A stretch of DNA of 51,336 nucleotides, taken from the NCBI GenBank assembly GCA_947623995.1, contig CANQIN010000002.1, forward strand, positions 1 through 51,336, written 5' to 3'. The DNA comes from an uncultured Bacilli bacterium. Its GTDB lineage: Bacteria; Bacillota_I; Bacilli_A; RF39; UBA660. The notes under the pieces are model-generated. The model did no database searches, was not told the origin of the DNA, and saw only the letters and a list, made by a program, of their open reading frames with translations. The position numbers were made by a program, and so were the translations under genes. The first letter of the stretch is position 1, and each line of letters opens with the position of its first letter. Below, one piece after another: positions 44,902 to 51,336 of the stretch.

Positions 44902-44932
44902 ATTATAGCTCTTGACCTATCCTCCATGTCAA
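44902..44932 (-). promoter_or_regulatory. Switch-promoter homolog with a degenerated tract (TTGACA-TGGAGGATAGG..-TATAAT, 19-nt spacer)
   Basis: -35 at 44932-44927 and -10 at 44907-44902. The position of the G10 is occupied by GGAGGATAGG. The upstream flank matches P5. Confidence 0.5.
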
Positions 44933-45112
44933 GTTTGAAAATATTATTTTAAACCACTTGCTATATTTGTAATTTATGCAATATACTTTAAAATATCATG
45001 TAATCTAATTTTAATTTACTTACTGATACTTTTTAATAACACTTAATTTATATGTCTACTTTCAAAAAGGGCAAACTCAAAGTTAAGATAATAGTTTTGT
45101 ATTTATTTACCC

Positions 45113-45967
45113 TTAAGTATTTTTCTGTTTTTTTATTAATTTAGAATGAACAACAATTCTACCACCATAATTATTTTGGCATGTTGATAAAGTAAGAATT
45201 TTATCATTTTCATTTACTAAAGTATCTATGGGAGCCACATTACGTTTTTTCATTTCATTAAGCCAATTTTTCTTTTTTTCAATACTTGCAAAATTTGGCG
45301 TAATATAATAAGATTCTTTAGGAATTGTATAAATAGAAAAAATTTGAAAAAGCATATTTTCTTTTAAAGTTGATAAGTATATTACATAATTATCTTTATT
45401 ATTTTGCCATTCTGATGTTAATACAAGATTTAATGATCCAAAAAGTGTTGCATCTAATCTAGAATGACCATATATAACATTATTATCTACTAAATCTATT
45501 AAGTTACCTCGAAAATCTAAAAATATCCAACCAGCTTTATTTTCACTTTTATCAAATGAATGATTCAAATAAAACTCATTATCAGATCCTTGAACAACAG
45601 GATAATTAACAGCAGTATTATTAATTTTTATATAACCAACTGTATTATTATTTTTTAATAATAATTTTGAAAAATTAACTGTTAAAAATGGGAAATTAAT
45701 ATAATAGAAATAATTATCATTTAAATTATTTGGAGGATTAACTAATTGTTGATTTTCATTATTATTTTTAATATCTATAATTTCATTAATTTCATTATTT
45801 ATTTGTCGAATTTTGGAATTATTAATTTGCCAATTTAATATAGTATATATTGAGAAGATAAAAATAAGAAGACACAAAATAAAAATTATATTTTTTAATA
45901 ACTTCTTTTGAGCTTTAACATTATTTTGTTCTTTAAAATAATCTTCTATAGAAATATATTTTTTCAC
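45113..45967 (-). CDS. srtB: Class B sortase
   Basis: N-terminal TM anchor, VIYGHSR and the catalytic TLSTC motif, then a conserved Arg region (GGRIVVHSKL). The start is a GTG behind a GAAGGTGA SD. Confidence 0.8.
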   Translation of the reverse strand: MKKYISIEDYFKEQNNVKAQKKLLKNIIFILCLLIFIFSIYTILNWQINNSKIRQINNEINEIIDIKNNNENQQLVNPPNNLNDNYFYYINFPFLTVNFSKLLLKNNNTVGYIKINNTAVNYPVVQGSDNEFYLNHSFDKSENKAGWIFLDFRGNLIDLVDNNVIYGHSRLDATLFGSLNLVLTSEWQNNKDNYVIYLSTLKENMLFQIFSIYTIPKESYYITPNFASIEKKKNWLNEMKKRNVAPIDTLVNENDKILTLSTCQNNYGGRIVVHSKLIKKQKNT

Positions 45968-46023
45968 TTTTATTCACCTTCTAAAATTGACTAAATAATT
46001 TCTATGAGAAAAGGAGTAAATTT

Positions 46024-46674
46024 ATGAAAAAATTTTTTTTAATCTTTACATTCATAATACTTTTTAGCACCCAAACGGTATTTGCTGCAAGTAATTATGG
46101 AGAAGTAAAAGATATTACAAAACAGGCAGGTGATTCTCTTACTAAAGGAGAAGGAACAATTGAGACAAAGGGCGACACAACAACAATTAGATATGAAGCT
46201 TCAACATTTAAAATGTTGGAAAAAGATGAAAATGCTGCAGATGGAGAAAGACCTGGTCCAGCAGCTTGGATAGGTTTTAAAATTACTGAACCTACTGATG
46301 GAAGTAATTCAAAATTTAAAGTTACAACTCCAGATAATAAAACTATTGAAATAAGTTCTTCATCATATACCGATTATGTAGGTATTACTCCTACAAATTT
46401 AAAAAATGCTCTTTTAAAAGGAACAGTGCTTACTTATAAATATAGTTTTGACTGGGATGAAAATGGCGAGAATGATCAATTTGTTATAATTGAAATTGAT
46501 CCTGAAGAAATTACATTAATTGATACAAGTGGAGAGACGGTTTGGTCACCACAGATTGCTAAAGATTTATTAGAAGCTCAAAATCCAAAAACATCAGATA
46601 TTAACTTATTATTAGTTATTGGTCTTATAATAATTAGTGGATTAGGAATAACTTATTATTTTAAAAAAGCTTAA
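46024..46674 (+). CDS. Secreted protein with an NPKTSD sortase-B type sorting signal
   Basis: Signal peptide ..FSTQTVFA. The C-terminus is AQNPKTSD, then the hydrophobic stretch INLLLVIGLIIISGLGITYYF, then KKA. It is transcribed divergently from srtB. Confidence 0.8.
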   Translation: MKKFFLIFTFIILFSTQTVFAASNYGEVKDITKQAGDSLTKGEGTIETKGDTTTIRYEASTFKMLEKDENAADGERPGPAAWIGFKITEPTDGSNSKFKVTTPDNKTIEISSSSYTDYVGITPTNLKNALLKGTVLTYKYSFDWDENGENDQFVIIEIDPEEITLIDTSGETVWSPQIAKDLLEAQNPKTSDINLLLVIGLIIISGLGITYYFKKA

Positions 46675-46739
46675 AATAAACTTTTAAATAAATGAAAAAG
46701 GAAAACCAGGTGATTTTCCTTTTTTATTATATTTAAATT

Positions 46740-48365
46740 TTAAGATTCTAAGATAAATGGATTATCTATTGTTCCATTTCCATTTATTATTTTAACATTT
46801 GATTTTAAATATAAGGTAGGCCAAACTCCAAAAGCATAATCTATACTTCCTGTATGGCTTACATATCCAGAAGAAAAAATGTTGTATGATCTTCCAGAAT
46901 GAGAAGAATTTGAGGTCAAAAGCCACTGATAATCTTTATTTGGTTTTAGCCAATCATTTAAGGAACAACTTTCAGTATAATAGTCATATATATTCAAGTT
47001 TAAACAAGTTTTTCTGACATTACCACCAACGGCATAGCCGTAATCTGAAGGATATATTAGACCAATACCATTGTGATAATTAGAATCATTTTCTTTAGTC
47101 CATTCGTTTGGATATTCTTGATTATAAACAGCTGTTCCACGTTCATTAATGTATATATTTTTGGAATTTATCCCAACACTATTATAACCTCCCAAACTCC
47201 AGATTATTTCATTATCTATCATTTCTCTAAAGTTTAAATCTATGCCTTTTGGCAAATCTGTTTCAGATCCGCTAAAATTACATGTGTTTTTATTTCCAAT
47301 TTCATTTTGAGCAGTATAACAATCTCCAATTCCGCTTTCATAATATATACCATTTAACATATTTTTTAAACTCGATTTTACCCAATTATTTTCAATAACT
47401 TCTTTTCCATAATCCCAACTGTAATTTCCAAAATCTTTTTGACCAGCTATTCCATCTTGTCTTATTATTTTTAAATGACTACCAGTTATTTCACTTCCAT
47501 CTTCTTGTTCGCTTCTTAAATTGTTCATGACTCCAATAATCCGCCATTTTTCTCCATTAAATGATACATAATTATTTGGATTAGACCCAATATATCTTAA
47601 ATTATTATCATCGGTTCCTAATTCTTCTCCTAAACTTTCTTTTCCATCATAGGCTAAATTTATTGTATCTAAATTTGCATTTTCTTTCATACATGTTACA
47701 GCATCTTTTCCTTCTGCTCCACACTTTGCTACTGCACTTCCATATACTTCTCCTATATCATTACTTTCTGTTGCTGCATTTATTACATTGATACTTGCTT
47801 CAAATGTTTGTCCTTCTACTTCATTTCCAGCAATGTCATCTATCCATAAATATAAATTGTAGGTTACTTCTTCTCCATTATTTACTACTCCATCAACTTT
47901 TGTTCCTCCACTTAATACTCCTGTGTCTAATATATATGATGTCCCTAAATTCTCTACCATTAAATTTTCTAAATCAGTATTTATTCTACTTAATTTACTT
48001 CCAACATTTGGTTTTTCTTCACTACTTTTATATAAAGCATATTTTATTTTACTTGCATCTAAGGTATTTGTACTTAATGTATTTAATGTTAAGACATAAT
48101 TATTATTAATAGTACAGGTATTTGTTATGGTAAATGTATAAGGATTTGTACTTAATCCTATACTATCATTTACTGGATACGTATTATCTAATTTTATACT
48201 TTCACTTTGCTCACTAAATCCTATACTAAAACATCCTACATCCATCTCATTTTCATTTGTTTGTTCTTCGGTTATTATCCACAAAGCATATGATTGGGTT
48301 ATATATAAACATCCCACTAACATTAATCCAATTATTAATAATGATAATTTATATCTTACTTTCAT
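46740..48365 (-). CDS. Paralog family member, class-II (group 2) N-module with type-b C-module
   Basis: ATG at 48365 (MKVRYKL..). The N-terminal ~275 aa are shared with the other group-2 copies. C-module motifs NNYVSFNGEKWRIIGVMNN, LKNMLNGIYYESGIGDCY, GLIYPSDYGYAVGG, WPTLYLKS and DNPFILES. Confidence 0.85.
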   Translation of the reverse strand: MKVRYKLSLLIIGLMLVGCLYITQSYALWIITEEQTNENEMDVGCFSIGFSEQSESIKLDNTYPVNDSIGLSTNPYTFTITNTCTINNNYVLTLNTLSTNTLDASKIKYALYKSSEEKPNVGSKLSRINTDLENLMVENLGTSYILDTGVLSGGTKVDGVVNNGEEVTYNLYLWIDDIAGNEVEGQTFEASINVINAATESNDIGEVYGSAVAKCGAEGKDAVTCMKENANLDTINLAYDGKESLGEELGTDDNNLRYIGSNPNNYVSFNGEKWRIIGVMNNLRSEQEDGSEITGSHLKIIRQDGIAGQKDFGNYSWDYGKEVIENNWVKSSLKNMLNGIYYESGIGDCYTAQNEIGNKNTCNFSGSETDLPKGIDLNFREMIDNEIIWSLGGYNSVGINSKNIYINERGTAVYNQEYPNEWTKENDSNYHNGIGLIYPSDYGYAVGGNVRKTCLNLNIYDYYTESCSLNDWLKPNKDYQWLLTSNSSHSGRSYNIFSSGYVSHTGSIDYAFGVWPTLYLKSNVKIINGNGTIDNPFILES

Positions 48366-48395
48366 ATTACCAATCCCTATTCTTAAGTTATTTAA

Positions 48396-48424
48396 AGTAT
48401 ACAATAATTTAACATTTTTAGCAA
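48396..48424 (-). promoter_or_regulatory. Tract-free promoter of 46740-48365
   Basis: TTGCTA (48424-48419), 17 nt, TATACT (48401-48396). Confidence 0.55.
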
Positions 48425-48552
48425 ATATATTAGTAGTAATTTTAGTAACTCCCTATAAAAATTTTATGTTTAAATCAAAGTAGAAAAAACTAGAAAAACA
48501 AATACAGAAATTAGTAATTTAATTTAGCTATAATTAATTCTCTTTTAGCATG

Positions 48553-48578
48553 AAAAAAAACTTAACAATTAAGTTAAG
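48553..48578 (-). terminator. AT-rich intrinsic terminator overlapping the stop codon of 48574-50178
   Basis: Minus strand CTTAAC-TTAATT-GTTAAG followed by T8. Confidence 0.5.
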
Positions 48579-50178
48579 CTTCTAAGATAAATGGATTATC
48601 CTCTGTTCCATTTCCATTTATTATTTTTATATTATTAATAAGATAAACTACAGGTGCTACTGAACCAGAATCTATATGAGATGTAGCATAACCCATTACA
48701 CCATTATCTCCTGGAGCCAATATCCTATTTACTTTATTTTCATTTGGAATAGATGCTGTTATAGTCCAATACCAACTACTTGATGGTTTTAACCAATCAT
48801 CATAACCGCATTTTTCAGTATAGTACAAACTCATATAATTATTTATGCATAAATTTCTCATACTTTTACCAACGGCATAACCATAATCTGATGGATACAT
48901 TAAACCAATTCCATTGTAAAATTCATTGTCTATCTCTTTAGACCATTCACTTTTATTTTGATTATTATTTCCTGTTTGAATTCCTCGTTCCTTTTTATAA
49001 ATTTCAGCTGGTACAACATCAGTTGTGTCGACGCCTCCAACATTCCATACTAAATTTGTATCTATCATGCTTCTTGAATTACTGTTTATACCTTTTACTA
49101 GCCCACTTTCTTGTGTAAAATCGCAAGTTGTAGGTTCACTAATACTTGTGGTATAACATTCACCGCTTGTACTATTATAATATATTCCATTTAACATATC
49201 TTTTAATGCGGATATTGTCCAATCATTTGATGATTTATTATCCCAATAGTATTTTTCTAAATTTTCTTGGCCAGAAATTCCATTAGTTCTAATTATTTTC
49301 AAACGTTCTACTTTTTCTCCATTTTCATTTTTTACTTTCATGACTCCAATAATCCGCCATTTTTCTCCATTAAATAATACATAATTATTTGGATTTGCAC
49401 CAATATATCTTAAATTATTATCATCGGTTCCTAATTCTTCTCCTAAACTTTCTTTTCCATCATATGCTAGGTTTATTGTATCTAAATTTGCATTTTCTTT
49501 CATACAGGTTACGGCATCTTTTCCTTCTGCTCCACACTTTGCTACTGCATTTCCATATACTTCTCCTATATCATTACTTTCTGTTGCTGCATTTATTACA
49601 TTAATACTTGCTTCAAATGTTTGGCCTTCTACTTCATTTCCAGCAATGTCATCTATCCATAAATATAAATTGTAGGTTACTTCTTCTCCATTATTTACTA
49701 CTCCATCAACTTTTGTTCCTCCACTTAATACTCCTGTGTCTAATATATATGATGTCCCTAAATTCTCTACCATTAAATTTTCTAAATCAGTATTTATTCT
49801 ACTTAATTTACTTCCAACATTTGGTTTTTCTTCACTACTTTTATATAAAGCATATTTTATTTTACTTGCATCTAAGGTATTTGTACTTAATGTATTTAAT
49901 GTTAAGACATAATTATTATTAATAGTACAGGTATTTGTTATGGTAAATGTATAAGGATTTGTACTTAATCCTATACTATCATTTACTGGATACGTATTAT
50001 CTAATTTTATACTTTCACTTTGCTCACTAAATCCTATACTAAAACATCCTACATCCATCTCATTTTCATTTGTTTGTTCTTCGGTTATTATCCACAAAGC
50101 ATATGATTGGGTTATATATAAACATCCCACTAACATTAATCCAATTATTAATAATGATAATTTATATCTTACTTTCAT
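48574..50178 (-). CDS. Paralog family member, class-II (group 2) N-module with a type-b variant C-module
   Basis: Same N-terminal half. C-module motifs NNYVLFNGEKWRIIGVMKV, LKDMLNGIYYNSTSGECY, GLMYPSDYGYAVG, PVVYL and DNPFILEA. Confidence 0.85.
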   Translation of the reverse strand: MKVRYKLSLLIIGLMLVGCLYITQSYALWIITEEQTNENEMDVGCFSIGFSEQSESIKLDNTYPVNDSIGLSTNPYTFTITNTCTINNNYVLTLNTLSTNTLDASKIKYALYKSSEEKPNVGSKLSRINTDLENLMVENLGTSYILDTGVLSGGTKVDGVVNNGEEVTYNLYLWIDDIAGNEVEGQTFEASINVINAATESNDIGEVYGNAVAKCGAEGKDAVTCMKENANLDTINLAYDGKESLGEELGTDDNNLRYIGANPNNYVLFNGEKWRIIGVMKVKNENGEKVERLKIIRTNGISGQENLEKYYWDNKSSNDWTISALKDMLNGIYYNSTSGECYTTSISEPTTCDFTQESGLVKGINSNSRSMIDTNLVWNVGGVDTTDVVPAEIYKKERGIQTGNNNQNKSEWSKEIDNEFYNGIGLMYPSDYGYAVGKSMRNLCINNYMSLYYTEKCGYDDWLKPSSSWYWTITASIPNENKVNRILAPGDNGVMGYATSHIDSGSVAPVVYLINNIKIINGNGTEDNPFILEA

Positions 50179-50208
50179 ATTACCAATCCCTATTCTTAAG
50201 TTATTTAA

Positions 50209-50237
50209 AGTATACAATAATTTAACATTTTTAGCAA
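50209..50237 (-). promoter_or_regulatory. Tract-free promoter of 48574-50178
   Basis: TTGCTA (50237-50232), 17 nt, TATACT (50214-50209). It is identical to 48396-48424. Confidence 0.55.
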
Positions 50238-50365
50238 ATATATTAGTAGTAATTTTAGTAACTCCCTATAAAAATTTTATGTTTAAATCAAAGTAGAAAA
50301 AACTAGAAAAACAAATACAGAAATTAGTAATTTAATTTAGCTATAATTAATTCTCTTTTAGCATG

Positions 50366-50390
50366 AAAAAAACTTAACAATTAAGTTAAG
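50366..50390 (-). terminator. AT-rich intrinsic terminator overlapping the stop codon of the 50386 copy
   Basis: Minus strand CTTAAC-TTAATT-GTTAAG followed by T7. Confidence 0.5.
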
Positions 50391-51336
50391 CTTCTAAGAT
50401 AAATGGATTATCCTCTGTTCCATTTCCATTTATTATTTTAACATTTGATTTTAAATATAAAACTGGTTTAATTGAATATGCTGCAAGGTCTGAATCAATT
50501 GTTGAAACTGTTCCATCATTTTTTATTCGCCAAACTACATAATTATAATATGTTTGCGGTGTCATAGTAAATTGCTGATATTCTAGTGGTGCAAGATAAT
50601 TGCTATCTTTACAATCTGTATTATTCAATTTATCAGTATCTGTTTTTAAGCAAATACTTCTAGAATAATTATTAGTACCACTAGCAGCATAACCATAATC
50701 TGATGGATATATTAAGCCTATTTTACCAGTCCATTTTGATTCATAAGTATTGTCGTTACCAGTTAATCCTCCACGTTCATAATCATAGCATTGTTTAGTT
50801 GAAGTGGAATAATCTGAATAACCCCCAAGATTCCATGAAATATTAGCTATTAAATTTTTAGCTTCATCTTTTAAGGTATCGTTCCAGTATGTTCCACTAT
50901 TTAGTATATCTTTAAGAGTTGATTTTGAATAGTCATTAGTCTGATTTTCATCAAAAACATAATCACCTATTGTTTTAGCTGTTATTATTTTTAAATGGCT
51001 TCCTATGCTTTGTGTTTCACTTCCATCTTCACTTACTTCGGTTATATTATTCATAACCCCAATAATTCGCCATAGTTCATTATTAAATGATATATAATTA
51101 TTTGGATTAGACCCAATATATCTTAAATTATTATCATCGGTTCCTAATTCTTCTCCTAAGACTTCTTTTCCATCATATGCTAGGTTTATTGTATCTAAAT
51201 TTGCATTTTCTTTCATACATGTTACGGCATCTTTTCCTTCTGCTCCACATTTTGCTACAGCACTTCCATATACTTCTCCTATATCATTACTTTCTGTTGC
51301 TGCATTTATTACATTGATACTTGCTTCAAATGTTTG
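50386..51336 (-). CDS. Paralog family member, class-II (group 2), 5' end outside the window, type-c C-module
   Basis: The reading frame is open to the window edge (..QTFEASINVINAATESNDIGEVYGSAVAKCGAEGKDAVTCMKENANL..); the track's M at 51216 is internal. C-module motifs NNYISFNNELWRIIGVMNNITEVSEDGSE, GLIYPSDYGYA, PVLYLKS and DNPFILEA. Confidence 0.8.
   Translation of the reverse strand, partial: QTFEASINVINAATESNDIGEVYGSAVAKCGAEGKDAVTCMKENANLDTINLAYDGKEVLGEELGTDDNNLRYIGSNPNNYISFNNELWRIIGVMNNITEVSEDGSETQSIGSHLKIITAKTIGDYVFDENQTNDYSKSTLKDILNSGTYWNDTLKDEAKNLIANISWNLGGYSDYSTSTKQCYDYERGGLTGNDNTYESKWTGKIGLIYPSDYGYAASGTNNYSRSICLKTDTDKLNNTDCKDSNYLAPLEYQQFTMTPQTYYNYVVWRIKNDGTVSTIDSDLAAYSIKPVLYLKSNVKIINGNGTEDNPFILEA

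Larger units (their letters stand above)
46740..51336 (-). repeat. Head-to-tail tandem array of class-II paralog units (periods 1834 and 1812 nt)
   Basis: Stop codons lie at 46740, 48574 and 50386. The ~170-nt spacers 48405-48573 and 50218-50385 are near-identical. The same antisense shadow ORF is reported at 47795-48109 and 49608-49922. Confidence 0.85.

Noticed and set aside
12301-49922. Many plus-strand ORFs of 60-120 aa with H/L/Y/F-rich translations inside the paralog genes (for example 12301-12501, 20020-21552, 22070-23005, 25829-26827, 32007-32237, 33607-33837, 37001-37906, 43663-44569, 47795-48109, 49389-49922)
   Set aside because: These are antisense shadows of the minus-strand paralogs. 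Their recurrence simply mirrors the duplications. I used them only as evidence of nucleotide identity between copies.
46740-51336. A regular ~1.8-kb periodicity that could suggest a CRISPR-like or satellite array
   Set aside because: The repeat units are complete protein-coding genes with promoters and terminators. There are no short direct repeats with unique spacers and no cas genes.
42867-51336. A diversity-generating retroelement or a polymorphic-toxin locus (conserved N-terminus, variable C-terminus, orphan cassettes)
   Set aside because: The window contains no reverse transcriptase and no template/variable repeat pair with adenine-specific differences. Every copy is full-length with its own promoter. 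There are no small immunity-like ORFs in the ~170-nt spacers. The variable C-modules share one structural framework rather than carrying unrelated toxin domains.
1-51336. Mollicute-type genetic code (TGA = Trp), considered because of the extreme AT content
   Set aside because: Full-length EF-Tu, EF-G, HtpG and MurA are obtained with the standard code. Trp is encoded by TGG. The gene 40267-41208 terminates with TGA (41206-41208) six nucleotides before the convergent neighbour.

Overview
This is 51.3 kb of a very AT-rich Bacillota-type chromosome (roughly one quarter G+C by eye). It uses the standard code: TGA is a stop and Trp is TGG. Almost everything is transcribed from the minus strand. Recognisable core genes are htpG (with a CIRCE-like operator), murA, the str operon rpsL-rpsG-fusA-tuf, htrA, trxB and a CwlD-like amidase. 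Accessory content includes a Bce-like ABC transporter plus two-component module, a class B sortase with an adjacent NPKTSD substrate, a 1534-aa repeat-rich surface protein, an Abi_2-like gene, one ISL3 insertion sequence and one 190-bp MITE-like element. I saw no rRNA, tRNA or CRISPR array. The dominant and most unusual content is a paralogous family of N-terminally anchored or secreted proteins with 12 members plus one remnant. It fills about one third of the window and is wedged between essential genes. The family is modular: two alternative N-terminal modules combine with at least four C-terminal module types, and near-identical 5' halves abut diverged 3' halves. All six members with the short class-I N-module use the same promoter, in which a G10 homopolymer sits inside the TTGACA/TATAAT spacer. 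That is a predicted slipped-strand ON/OFF switch. Class-II members have tract-free promoters. I interpret this as a phase-variable, mosaic surface-protein system, possibly undescribed. Two convergent modules pairing a small hydrophobic peptide with an antisense RNA (type I toxin-antitoxin-like) sit back-to-back with two of the switch promoters. All assignments come from reading the sequence and ORF translations; no database search was run.
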